NCBI GenBank assembly: GCA_963702005.1
Contig: OY969696.1
Coordinates: 1,344,001-1,408,000 of the forward strand
Length of the DNA stretch: 64,000 nucleotides
DNA from: Candidatus Aminicenantes bacterium
GTDB taxonomy: Bacteria > Acidobacteriota > Aminicenantia > Aminicenantales > JAFGBC01
Direction: 5' to 3'
How positions within the stretch are numbered: the first letter of the stretch is position 1; each line of letters begins with the position of its first letter. The notes beneath the pieces were generated by a model that was not told the DNA's origin, did not search any database, and saw nothing but the letters and a program-made list of their open reading frames with translations. This document shows positions 10,081 through 19,497 of the stretch, one piece after another. Made by a program: the position numbers and the translations under genes.

Positions 10081-10191
10081 GCGCTTGACAGAAATCCTGC
10101 CATGAACAATAATGAGGCACAACCGCCGAGGTCCCATGGTCAACAGACGTAAGCGGGAAGCCCATCCGAATTTTCCGCCGGGAGCTTCGCT

Positions 10192-10998
10192 ATGCAAAAA
10201 CAGATACCCTATTTTATTTTCTTAATGGGAGCCTGTCTCGTCCTATCGGGTCGCGCTCCGGCCCGCGCCCCCTTCCCTTGGCCCGAAGCCAAACGGGCGG
10301 CCGTCAGCCTGACCTTCGATGACGCGCGCCTCAGCCAGGTCGACAACGGCCTGCCGCTCCTCGACGGCTATAAGATCAAGGCGACTTTCTACGTCTCGCC
10401 CGACAATGTCAAGGAACGTCTCGAAGGATGGAGGCGGGCCGTCAAAGACGGGCATGAGATCGGGAACCATACCCTGACGCACCCCTGCACCGGGAACTAC
10501 GCCTTTTCCAGGGAGAACGCGCTCGAGGACCTGACGCTCGGTCGAATGGAGCGGGACATCGACGATGCCTCGTTGGTCATCGAGAAGCTGCTGGCCGTGA
10601 AGCCCGTAAGCTTCGCCTATCCGTGCTGCCAGACGTTTGTGGGGCGCGGCCAAGCCGTGAAGAGCTACGTCCCCCTGGTGGCCAAAAGGTTTCTCACCGG
10701 TCGTCTCGGGCTCAACGAAGCCGCCAACGATCCCGGGATCTGCGACCTCAGCCAGCTGCTCGCCCAGGGCAGCGACGGGGCGACCTTCGATGAGCTTAAG
10801 GTCCTCATTGACCAAGCCGTCGCGGAAGGACGTTGGCTGATTCTCGCCGGTCATGAGATCGGCGCTGGCGGCTACCAGACGACCTCGATCAAAACGCTGG
10901 ACGAGCTTTGCCGCTACGCGATCGACCCGGCCAACGGCCTCTGGATCGAGACCGTCGGCCGCATCGGACAATACGTCATCGATACGCGAAACAAATAG
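10192..10998 (+). CDS. Polysaccharide deacetylase (CE4/NodB)
   Basis: SLTFDD, ATFYV, HEIGNHTLTH, FAYP and LAGH motifs; signal peptide. Confidence 0.88.
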   Translation: MQKQIPYFIFLMGACLVLSGRAPARAPFPWPEAKRAAVSLTFDDARLSQVDNGLPLLDGYKIKATFYVSPDNVKERLEGWRRAVKDGHEIGNHTLTHPCTGNYAFSRENALEDLTLGRMERDIDDASLVIEKLLAVKPVSFAYPCCQTFVGRGQAVKSYVPLVAKRFLTGRLGLNEAANDPGICDLSQLLAQGSDGATFDELKVLIDQAVAEGRWLILAGHEIGAGGYQTTSIKTLDELCRYAIDPANGLWIETVGRIGQYVIDTRNK

Positions 10999-11011
10999 GA
11001 ATCCGACGATC

Positions 11012-13363
11012 ATGAAAAAAGCCCTGGCCGTTTTCATCCTTCTCGTCATGTCTTTTTTTTGCGGTCATGCTTCCGTCCGGGAGGAAAAGGCGATAGCGGG
11101 AAAAGCGCTCTATCTGAATCCATCCCTGCCTCTGGAAAAGAGGGTCGAGGACCTGCTCGGCCGGATGACCCTGGAGGAAAAAGTCGGGCAGATGAACATG
11201 CCCTGCGTCTACGAGGCCGGCCTTGGAAACACCGCTCCGGAAAAGATGGCGGCCTGCAGGAAATTCGCGGAAGGGACCTACCTGAAGGGTTTCGGCCCGG
11301 GCGGCGGCTTTTTCACACTGCCCAACACGATCCTTCCCGAAGGCCCCCGGCGGCAGGCCGAATTCCTGAACGAGATCCAGCGGATCGCCGTCAATAAAAC
11401 GCGCCTGGGAATCCCCCTTCTGCTGACGGAGGAAGGCACCCACGGATTGATGTGTTCCGGAGCGACCATCTTTCCGGAAGGCCCGGCTCTGGGCAGCGCT
11501 TGGAATCCGGAGCTGATATCGAGAATCTACGCGGCGGCGGCCGAAGAAGCCCGTTCCATCGGCATCCATCAGATTTTCACGCTCGTTGTCGAACCCATCC
11601 GCGACCCCAGGCTGGGCCGGAACGAAGAAGCCTACAGCGAAGATCCTTACCTTTGCGCCCGGTACGCCGGGACGATCGTCCAGGCGGTTCAGGGCGGGAA
11701 TGTCGCGGCCCCGGACAAGTGCGTGGCCGGGCTCTGCCATTACCCCGGCCAGAGCCAGCCGGTGAGCGGACTGGAGCGCGGGGCGATGGAAATATCCGAA
11801 CGAACGCTGCGGGAAACCTTTCTTCCCCCCTGGGAGGCTGGGATCAAGAAGAACGGAGCCCTGGGCGTCATGGCGACCTACCCGGCCGTCGACGGCGTCC
11901 CCGTCCACGCTTCCGAAAGAATCCTCACCGGCATCCTGCGCGGGGAATTGGGCTTCCAGGGTCTCGTCCTGTCCGAAGGCGGGGGCATCGGGACCCTGGT
12001 CTACGAAGGGCTGGCGCCCGATCAAAAACGGGCCGGGCAGCTGGCCCTCAAGGCGGGAGTGGATGTGGGCATCTCCTTCGAGTCCGGCTACATGAAGGAC
12101 ATGATCGATTCCGTCCGCGAGGGACAAATCGAGATGGCTCTCATCGACAGGGCCGTCCGGAGGATCCTCCTCCAGAAAATGAGACTGGGGCTATTCGAGA
12201 ATCCGCTGGTGGACCCGGCCGGGGCGGTCAAGGTCGTTCACAATAGGGAACACGAGGACTTGGCTCTTCAGGCCGCGCGCGAAGGGATCGTCCTCCTTAA
12301 AAACGAACGGAGCCTTCTGCCGCTGCGAAAAGACCTTAAGGCCATTGCGGTCATCGGTCCGAACGCGGACGACCCCCTCAACCAGCTCGGAGACTACGTC
12401 GCTACGAGCGTGATCCAGGAGGTCACGACGGTCCTCGACGGCATCCGGGGGATCGTTTCGCCTCAGACGAAGGTTTCCTACATCAAGGGCTGCGGCGTCA
12501 CCGGGACGGCGGAGAACGAGATCGACAAGGCCCGGGAGGCGGCGGCTCAGGCCGACGCGGCGGTCATCGTCGTCGGCGAAAACGAATGGCAGAAGAATGA
12601 CAGGCAAGGGACAAGCGGCGAAGGCTACGACGCGGCCACCCTCGAACTGACCGGCCTCCAGGAGGATCTTATCGAAGCGGTCGCGGGGACGGGAACGCCG
12701 ACGGTCGTGGTCCTCATCAACGGCCGGCCTCTCGCGATCCGGTCGGCGGCCGCGCACGTTCCTGCCATCCTGGAGGCGTGGGTCTGCGGGGAAAAGGGCG
12801 GCCGGGCCGTTGCCGAAGTTTTATTCGGCGACTGCAACCCGTCCGGAAAGCTGCCGGTCACGATCCCCCGGCACGTTGGTCAGCTTCCGGTCTATTACAA
12901 CGCCAAGAAATCGAAGGCCTACTGGATCGAACAGGGCTGGGGAAAGCCCTATGTGGACATGGACCCGAGGCCTCTTTTCCCCTTCGGCCACGGCCTGAGC
13001 TATACCCGGTTTGAATACAGCAATCTCCGTACGAGCGCCCTAAAAATCGGCCCGGCGGGCACCGTGATCGTCAGCGCGGACATCAAGAACACGGGAAGCC
13101 GCGCCGGCGACGAGGTCGTTCAGCTCTATCTCCAGGATGTCATCAGCACGGTCGCGACGCCCGTCAAGGAGCTCAGGGGGTTTGCCCGAGTCCGGCTCGC
13201 GCCCGGACAGAAAACGACCGTCAAGTTCGAGCTCACCCCCGACGCTCTGGCGCTTCTCGACCAGGACCTGAAGCGGGTCGTCGAGCCCGGCGAGTTCAGG
13301 GTCTTTATCGGCAGTTCCTCCGAGGATATCCGTTTCAGGGGACATTTCTTCGTGACGGACTGA
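11012..13363 (+). CDS. GH3 beta-glucosidase/xylosidase
   Basis: MTLEEKVGQM, RDPRLGRNEE, GIVLLKN, NPSGKLPVT, FPFGHGLSYT and Fn3-like C-terminus; start at MKKALAV. Confidence 0.92.
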   Translation: MKKALAVFILLVMSFFCGHASVREEKAIAGKALYLNPSLPLEKRVEDLLGRMTLEEKVGQMNMPCVYEAGLGNTAPEKMAACRKFAEGTYLKGFGPGGGFFTLPNTILPEGPRRQAEFLNEIQRIAVNKTRLGIPLLLTEEGTHGLMCSGATIFPEGPALGSAWNPELISRIYAAAAEEARSIGIHQIFTLVVEPIRDPRLGRNEEAYSEDPYLCARYAGTIVQAVQGGNVAAPDKCVAGLCHYPGQSQPVSGLERGAMEISERTLRETFLPPWEAGIKKNGALGVMATYPAVDGVPVHASERILTGILRGELGFQGLVLSEGGGIGTLVYEGLAPDQKRAGQLALKAGVDVGISFESGYMKDMIDSVREGQIEMALIDRAVRRILLQKMRLGLFENPLVDPAGAVKVVHNREHEDLALQAAREGIVLLKNERSLLPLRKDLKAIAVIGPNADDPLNQLGDYVATSVIQEVTTVLDGIRGIVSPQTKVSYIKGCGVTGTAENEIDKAREAAAQADAAVIVVGENEWQKNDRQGTSGEGYDAATLELTGLQEDLIEAVAGTGTPTVVVLINGRPLAIRSAAAHVPAILEAWVCGEKGGRAVAEVLFGDCNPSGKLPVTIPRHVGQLPVYYNAKKSKAYWIEQGWGKPYVDMDPRPLFPFGHGLSYTRFEYSNLRTSALKIGPAGTVIVSADIKNTGSRAGDEVVQLYLQDVISTVATPVKELRGFARVRLAPGQKTTVKFELTPDALALLDQDLKRVVEPGEFRVFIGSSSEDIRFRGHFFVTD

Positions 13364-13388
13364 TCGGCCGGAGGGAAGGGGCGATATC

Positions 13389-14966
13389 GTGAGCCTGAAC
13401 GTCTTCGAAATCGGCACCTTCGTCGCTTATCTTATCGCCGTCGTCGTTATCGGGTTCGTTTCGGGCCGGAAAAAGGAAGACAGCACGGCGAACTTTTTCC
13501 TGGCCGGGCGGGGACTTCCCTGGTACGTCATCGGATTTTCCCTGATCGCCGCCAGCATCAGCTCGGAGCAGTTCATCGGCGAGGTCGGCTGGGGTTATAA
13601 GTACGGGATGGCCGTCGCCAACTGGGAGTGGCTCGTCTGGCCGGCCCAGGGCATTCTGCTGCTTTTCTTCCTTCCCATCTACCTGAAGAACAGAATATTC
13701 ACGATCCCCGAGTATCTCACCAGAAGATTCGGGCGGGCGGTCGGGTCCGCTTTCTCCATCGTCTGCATGATCCAGTATCTCGTGATCAACCTGCCTCTTG
13801 TCCTCTATTCCGGCGGATTCCTGATAAACCGGATTTTCGGACTGAACCTCTATCTGGCCGTCTGGCTGCTGGTCATCATAGCGGGTTCCTACACGATTTT
13901 CGGCGGGCTGAGCTCGGCCGCCTGGGTCGACCTTTTCAACGGCGCTTTGCTCGTAGCCGGAGGACTCCTGGTCTTTGCTCTCGGCCTCCATGCCGTTCCC
14001 GGAGGCCTGCGGGCCGTGGTTGGGACCGGCGCGAGGGCCCACCTGATTCTGCCCGCCTCTCATCCGGACCTGCCCTGGACGGGTATTCTGGCCGTGGCCA
14101 TCGTCATGAGCGGTTATTATTATTCGACTAACCAGTACATCACCCAGCGCTGCTTGGGAGCCAAGTCCCAATGGAACGGAAAGATGGGCATTGTCCTGGC
14201 GGCCTTTCTAGCCATCCCCCTCGGCCTCGGCGTCGCTTGGCCGGGGATGATCGCCCATGCTTTGAACCCCGGCCTGCCCCACCCCGACGGGGCCTATCCC
14301 TTCCTCATCAGCCGTATCGTTCCGATCGGCCTGCGGGGCGCCATCTTCGCGGTCCTATTCGGGGCCATCATTTCCACGGTGGATTCGCTCATCAATTCCA
14401 CATCCTCCCTTCTCACTCTGGACATTTATAAGGGATTGATCAAGAGAGATGCCACGGACCGGCATCTCGTCAAATTCGCCCGCTGGACGGGAACGCTCTT
14501 TCTCGTCTTTGGAGCGCTCTGGTCGCCGATGGTCGGAAGGTTCGGCTCCATCTTTTCCTATGCCCAAAACTCATGGGCCCTCATGCTGGCCCCGATCATG
14601 GCGGTCTTCATCCTGGCCATCTTCTGGAAGAGGATGACGAAATCCGCCGCCATCCTCGCGCTGCTGTTGGCCCCGCCGATGCTCGGGCTCGTATACCTGC
14701 GGCAGTTCTATGGGGTGCTCGCCCATTTCAATATTTTCAACCTGTCGGGAATCATTTTCGTCCTGTCGCTGGCCGTGATTGTCGTCGTCAGCCTGTTCAC
14801 GTCGCCGTCCGTGACCGAAGATCTCAGGTCAACGCTCTGGCGCCCCGGGCTGGTCCGCCTTCCCGAGGAAGAGACAAGCCGGGGATATCCGTGGCGGAAG
14901 CGGGTCAGCGTTTGGTTCGCCATCGTCGTAATTATTTTCATCATTATCTATGCCCTATTTTGGTAA
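13389..14966 (+). CDS. Sodium:solute symporter (SSS) sugar transporter
   Basis: FFLAGRGLPW, FTIPEYLTRRF, NQYITQRCLGAKS; many TM helices. Confidence 0.92.
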   Translation: MSLNVFEIGTFVAYLIAVVVIGFVSGRKKEDSTANFFLAGRGLPWYVIGFSLIAASISSEQFIGEVGWGYKYGMAVANWEWLVWPAQGILLLFFLPIYLKNRIFTIPEYLTRRFGRAVGSAFSIVCMIQYLVINLPLVLYSGGFLINRIFGLNLYLAVWLLVIIAGSYTIFGGLSSAAWVDLFNGALLVAGGLLVFALGLHAVPGGLRAVVGTGARAHLILPASHPDLPWTGILAVAIVMSGYYYSTNQYITQRCLGAKSQWNGKMGIVLAAFLAIPLGLGVAWPGMIAHALNPGLPHPDGAYPFLISRIVPIGLRGAIFAVLFGAIISTVDSLINSTSSLLTLDIYKGLIKRDATDRHLVKFARWTGTLFLVFGALWSPMVGRFGSIFSYAQNSWALMLAPIMAVFILAIFWKRMTKSAAILALLLAPPMLGLVYLRQFYGVLAHFNIFNLSGIIFVLSLAVIVVVSLFTSPSVTEDLRSTLWRPGLVRLPEEETSRGYPWRKRVSVWFAIVVIIFIIIYALFW

Positions 14967-14978
14967 GGAGGAGCGAAC

Positions 14979-16166
14979 ATGCCGGGACCGGGAAGTCAAT
15001 GGATCGGCCGCGAGGAAATCGAGGAAGTCCTGGACGTCATGGAATCCGGGTATCTTTTCCGCTACGGAAGCCTCGAGGACCCGAAATACAAGCACAAGGT
15101 CTACAGCCTCGAGAAGGAATTCGCCGCTTATTGCGGCGTCCGCCATGCCCTGGCTTTGAGTTCAGGCTCCGGCGCCCTGATCTGCGCCTTGAAGGCCCTC
15201 GGCATCGGGCCGGGGGATGAAGTCATTGTTCCAGCCTATACGTTCATTGCCAGCTTCAGCTCGGTCATCTATGCCGGGGGAATCCCCGTGCTGACGGAGA
15301 TCGACGAGAGCCTGAATATCGACCCCGCCGACATCGAGCGGCGCTTGACCAAGAAAACCAAGGCGATCATGGCCGTCCACATGCTGGGGAACGCCTGCGA
15401 TCTGGATGCGGTGATGAGCCTGGCGCAAAAGCACGGCCTTCTGGTTATTGAAGACGCCTGCCAGGCCAACGGCGGCTCCTACAAGGGTCGCAAGCTGGGG
15501 ACCATCGGCCGGATCGGCGCCTTTTCCCTCAATATCTTCAAGACCGTGACCGCGGGGGACGGGGGGATTATCGTTACCGATGACGAGGAACTCTACAAAC
15601 TGGCCTTCGGATTCCACGACCAGGGCCATTCTCCCCTCCGGGCCGGCGTCGAGGTCGGAAAGCGGAGCGTTCTCGGAATGAATTTCCGGATGAATGAGCT
15701 GACCGGCGCGGTGGCCCTCGCCCAGTTGCGAAAAATGCCTAAAATCATCGCCGTCCTCCGCGAAAAGAAGAAAAAATTCAAGGAATCCATCGCCGGGATC
15801 CCGGGCATGAGTTTCCGCCGTCTGACCGACCCGGCCGGCGAGTGCGCGACTCTCCTGACCGTTTTATTCAAGAACGCAGGACAAGCCGCCCGAATCTGCA
15901 AGAGGCTGGGCACGGCGACCCTCGATCACAGCGGATGGCACGTCTACGCCAACATGGAACATCTCAACCGCTATCTCAAGGACGCCGGCCTGCCGCACGG
16001 CTGCGGGGCCTACCCCAGGACCGATGACATCCTGAGCCGCGCCCTCAATCTCAGCGTGGGCGTCGTCGACGCCGGGCTCGGCGCGGGATTCGGCATCAAC
16101 ATCGACTCGTCCCAGGAGGATATCCAGAAAGCCGCGGCCGCGTTCCGTGCGGCCTGTCGTGATTAG
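14979..16166 (+). CDS. DegT/DnrJ/EryC1/StrS PLP aminotransferase
   Basis: GDEVIVPAYTF, IEDACQANG, FSLNIFKTVTAGDGG (PLP lysine), NFRMNEL. Confidence 0.9.
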   Translation: MPGPGSQWIGREEIEEVLDVMESGYLFRYGSLEDPKYKHKVYSLEKEFAAYCGVRHALALSSGSGALICALKALGIGPGDEVIVPAYTFIASFSSVIYAGGIPVLTEIDESLNIDPADIERRLTKKTKAIMAVHMLGNACDLDAVMSLAQKHGLLVIEDACQANGGSYKGRKLGTIGRIGAFSLNIFKTVTAGDGGIIVTDDEELYKLAFGFHDQGHSPLRAGVEVGKRSVLGMNFRMNELTGAVALAQLRKMPKIIAVLREKKKKFKESIAGIPGMSFRRLTDPAGECATLLTVLFKNAGQAARICKRLGTATLDHSGWHVYANMEHLNRYLKDAGLPHGCGAYPRTDDILSRALNLSVGVVDAGLGAGFGINIDSSQEDIQKAAAAFRAACRD

Positions 16167-16175
16167 CCGCGCCCC

Positions 16176-18317
16176 CTACTTCTTGACCTCCAGCCCGCGC
16201 TTGCGGAGGAGCGGCTCGATCTTGGGCTCGGCGCCGCGGAATCTCACGTACTGCGTCATCGGGTCCTCGGTGCCGAACGGCTCCAGGATGTTCTTCCGGA
16301 AGGAAAGGGCCGTCGCCCGGTCGAAGATCCCCTTTTCCTTGAAGGCCTCGTAGGCGTCGCAGTCGAGGACTTCGGACCAGATGTAAGCGTAGTAACCGGC
16401 CGAGTAGCCGCCGCTGAAGATGTGGCTGAAATAAGTGCTGCGGTAGCGTGGCACGATCGCGGGGATGAGGCCGATCCCGGACATGACCGAGTTTTCGTAC
16501 TGGCGCACGTCGATCCCGGCCGAGTCGGGCAGGGTGTGCCAGGCCATGTCCAGGATGGAAGCTGCCAGGTATTCGGCGGTGATGAACCCCTGGTTGAACA
16601 GGCTGCTTTTCTCGATCTTATCGACCAGGCCGGCGGGGATGACCTGGCCGGTTTGATAGTGCTTGGCGTAGAGGGCGAGCAGCTCCGGCTCGAACGCCCA
16701 GTGCTCCATGATTTGCGAGGGAAGCTCGACCGAATCCCGGGCCACGGTCCGGTTGCGGTAGCGCCCTTGGGAGAAAAGCGTGGCCAGGGAGTGGCCGAAT
16801 TCGTGGAAGAATGTTTCCACTTCGTCGGTCGAGAGCAAGGAAGGGGCGTCGGCCGTGGGGCGCGTGAAGTTGCAGACGATGCTGGACACGGGGGGAACTC
16901 GCAGGCCTTTTTCGGTGTAGGCCCTCCGGAATGCGCCCGACCAGGCGCCGGCCCGCTTGCTGTCGCGCGGATGGAAGTCCATGTAGAGAACGCCCAGGTG
17001 CCGGCCGTCGGCCTCCTGGACTTCATAAACTTGAACATCCGGATGGTAGCGGGGAAGGTCGGGCAGCTCGATGAATTTCAGCCCATAGAGCTTGCCGCAT
17101 AGAGCGAAGATGCCTTGGCGGACGTTGTCCAGCTTGAAGTAGGGCCGAAGAGCGGAATCGTCCAGAGCGTATTTTTCCTGACGCAGCTTTTCGGTGTAGA
17201 ACCACCAATCCCAGGACGCCAGCTTGAACCCGCCGTTTTGACGGTCGATCATGGCTTGAAGCTCGGCGGCCTCCTGCTCGGCCTTGACCAGCGTCGGCTC
17301 CCAAAGCTGTTTCAGGAACGCGTTGACCCGGTCCGGCGTCTTGGCCATGTTTTCTTCCAGGACAAAAGCGGCGTGGCTGGCGTAGCCCAGAAGCCGGGCC
17401 CTCTCCTGGCGGAGGGCTATGATCCTCTTGACGTTTTCCTTGTTGTCGAATTCGTTGTCGTGGTTGCCCTTCATGAAGTAAGCGCGATGGAGCTTCTCGC
17501 GAAGGTCCCGCTTCTCCCCATATTGAAGGAACGGCGTCATGCTGGGGACTTGGATGGTGAACGCCCATTTTCCGTCGAGGCCGGTCTGTTTGGCCGTTTC
17601 CGCGGCCATGGCCACGACCGAGGGCGGAAGCCCGGCCAGGTCGGCGCGGTCCTCGATCACGAGCTTGAAGGCGTTGGTCTCGGCCAGGACGTTCTCGCCG
17701 AACTTCACGGTCAGCAGGGAGAGCTCCTGGTTGAGCTCCCGGAGCCGGGCCTTCTGTTTTTCGTCGAGCAGGGCGCCGCCCCGGACGAAATCGCGGTAGG
17801 AGTTTTCCAGAAGGAAGAGCTCGTCCCGGTCCAGCTTCAGCGCGCCGCGATTGTCGTAGACCGCCTTGACGCGCTTGAAGAGTTTTTCGTCGAGCCCGAT
17901 GTTGTCCCGGTGGCCGGCCAGCAGGGGGGCGGTCTTCCGGGCCAAGGCCTGAAGCTCCTTGTTGGTGTTGGCGCCCTGGAGGGCGCCGTAGACGGCGTTC
18001 ACTTCGGAGAGGAAGATCCCGGCGTGGTCGAGGGCGGCGATCGTGTTTTCAAAGGTGGGCGGTTCGGGGTTGGCGACGATGGCATCGACTTCGGCCTGCT
18101 CGCGCTTGATCCCCTCCTCGATGGCCGGCAGGAAATGCTCGTTCTTGATGAGGTTGAAAGGCGGGACGTTGAAGGGCGTCCCGTAGGGCTTGAAGAACGG
18201 GTTGTCGCTCGGGGCCTGCTGGGGCGGGGGAGTCGCTGGCTGATCTGCGCCGGATGTGGATATAACGGAAGCGAGGGATAAACATAGGAGAAAAATGAAG
18301 GCTGCAAATATTCTCAT
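16176..18317 (-). CDS. dcp: M3-family peptidyl-dipeptidase Dcp
   Basis: HEFGH zinc motif, VELPSQIMEHW, YFSHIFSGGYSAGYYAYIWSE; signal peptide. Confidence 0.9.
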   Translation of the reverse strand: MRIFAAFIFLLCLSLASVISTSGADQPATPPPQQAPSDNPFFKPYGTPFNVPPFNLIKNEHFLPAIEEGIKREQAEVDAIVANPEPPTFENTIAALDHAGIFLSEVNAVYGALQGANTNKELQALARKTAPLLAGHRDNIGLDEKLFKRVKAVYDNRGALKLDRDELFLLENSYRDFVRGGALLDEKQKARLRELNQELSLLTVKFGENVLAETNAFKLVIEDRADLAGLPPSVVAMAAETAKQTGLDGKWAFTIQVPSMTPFLQYGEKRDLREKLHRAYFMKGNHDNEFDNKENVKRIIALRQERARLLGYASHAAFVLEENMAKTPDRVNAFLKQLWEPTLVKAEQEAAELQAMIDRQNGGFKLASWDWWFYTEKLRQEKYALDDSALRPYFKLDNVRQGIFALCGKLYGLKFIELPDLPRYHPDVQVYEVQEADGRHLGVLYMDFHPRDSKRAGAWSGAFRRAYTEKGLRVPPVSSIVCNFTRPTADAPSLLSTDEVETFFHEFGHSLATLFSQGRYRNRTVARDSVELPSQIMEHWAFEPELLALYAKHYQTGQVIPAGLVDKIEKSSLFNQGFITAEYLAASILDMAWHTLPDSAGIDVRQYENSVMSGIGLIPAIVPRYRSTYFSHIFSGGYSAGYYAYIWSEVLDCDAYEAFKEKGIFDRATALSFRKNILEPFGTEDPMTQYVRFRGAEPKIEPLLRKRGLEVKK

Positions 18318-18362
18318 GGCCGATCACACCTCCTCGTCCAAATGAAAATCTTATTATACAAG

Positions 18363-18388
18363 AATTCCGGGGACACACGACTTAATTC
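18363..18388 (+). repeat. Single arm of REP-like family R1
   Basis: AATTCCGGGGACACACGACTTAATTC, one mismatch to the consensus arm, between divergent genes. Confidence 0.8.
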
Positions 18389-18407
18389 CATATGTTACAA
18401 TACCGCC

Positions 18408-19472
18408 ATGACGTCGCGCGAGCGGGTGCGGGCCGTCTTTTCCCACGAGATCCCGGACCGGGTGCCCGCCTGGCTCGGGGCCTCGCCCGAATTCAAAGCG
18501 CTGGCCAGGAAGAGAGCCGGACTGACGAGCGACGAGGACCTGGCCCTCTTCGTGGGCGATGACTTCAGACGGGTTTATGCCCGCTATGCCGGCCCTCCCG
18601 AGTTCAGCCCCGATTCCGCCCTGAACCACCCCGCCGCCACCTCCCGGACTCCCTTCGGCGTCGAGCGTCTGGGCTACGGCTACGGCCAACCCGCCGATCA
18701 TCCCTTGGCCGGGATTCGCTCGATCGCCAACATCGAGGCTTTTGCCTGGCCCGATCCGGGCTGGATGGACGTCTCGCACGTCCGCGCCGACGCGGAGGCT
18801 TGGGGCGGCCGCTTCGCCGTCCTGGGAGGCGATTGGTCTCCTTTCTATCACGACGCCATCGACCTGGTGGGCATGGAAACCTTCATGATCATGCTCGTCG
18901 AGAACCCGGTCCTGGCGGATGTCCTCCTCCGCCGCATCGTCGATTACTACTTCCGGGTCAGCGTCAGGATTTTTCAGGCCGCGGCCGACGTCATCGATAT
19001 CTTCTTCATCGGCAACGACTTCGGCACCCAGAACGGCCCGGTGGTCGGCGAGGCGCTTTTCAGGCGGTTCTTCCTTCCCCATCTCGCGCGGCTCGCATCT
19101 TTGGGGCACGATTTCGGCCTCAAAGTCATGCTCCACTGCTGCGGCGGGTTTTTCCCTCTCATCCCGGCCTTGATCGATGCCGGCATAGACGCCCTGCAAT
19201 CGCTCCAGCCGGACGCCCGCGACATGGCTCCGGCCCGCCTCAAGTCCGCGTTCGGCGGACGGGTCGTTTTCAACGGCTGCATCGACACCCACCATTGGCT
19301 CATCGACGGAACGCCGGACTTGGTCAGGGCGAAAACGCGGGAGACCCTCGAGATCATGAAGCCGGGAGGAGGCTATATAGCCTCGCCCAGCCACGATTTT
19401 CTCCTTCCCGAGACGCCCGTCGAGAACGTCTTCGCCCTTTATGAGACAGTCAGGGAATTTGGCGGCTATTGA
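18408..19472 (+). CDS. Uroporphyrinogen decarboxylase / MtaA-CmuA family protein
   Basis: MTSRERV...PDRVP, NDFGTQNG, LHCCG and GGGYIASPSH motifs; probably leaderless (TGT-TACAAT ends 7 nt before the ATG). Confidence 0.85.
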   Translation: MTSRERVRAVFSHEIPDRVPAWLGASPEFKALARKRAGLTSDEDLALFVGDDFRRVYARYAGPPEFSPDSALNHPAATSRTPFGVERLGYGYGQPADHPLAGIRSIANIEAFAWPDPGWMDVSHVRADAEAWGGRFAVLGGDWSPFYHDAIDLVGMETFMIMLVENPVLADVLLRRIVDYYFRVSVRIFQAAADVIDIFFIGNDFGTQNGPVVGEALFRRFFLPHLARLASLGHDFGLKVMLHCCGGFFPLIPALIDAGIDALQSLQPDARDMAPARLKSAFGGRVVFNGCIDTHHWLIDGTPDLVRAKTRETLEIMKPGGGYIASPSHDFLLPETPVENVFALYETVREFGGY

Positions 19473-19497
19473 ACAATAAAAAAGCAAGGAGGCAAGC

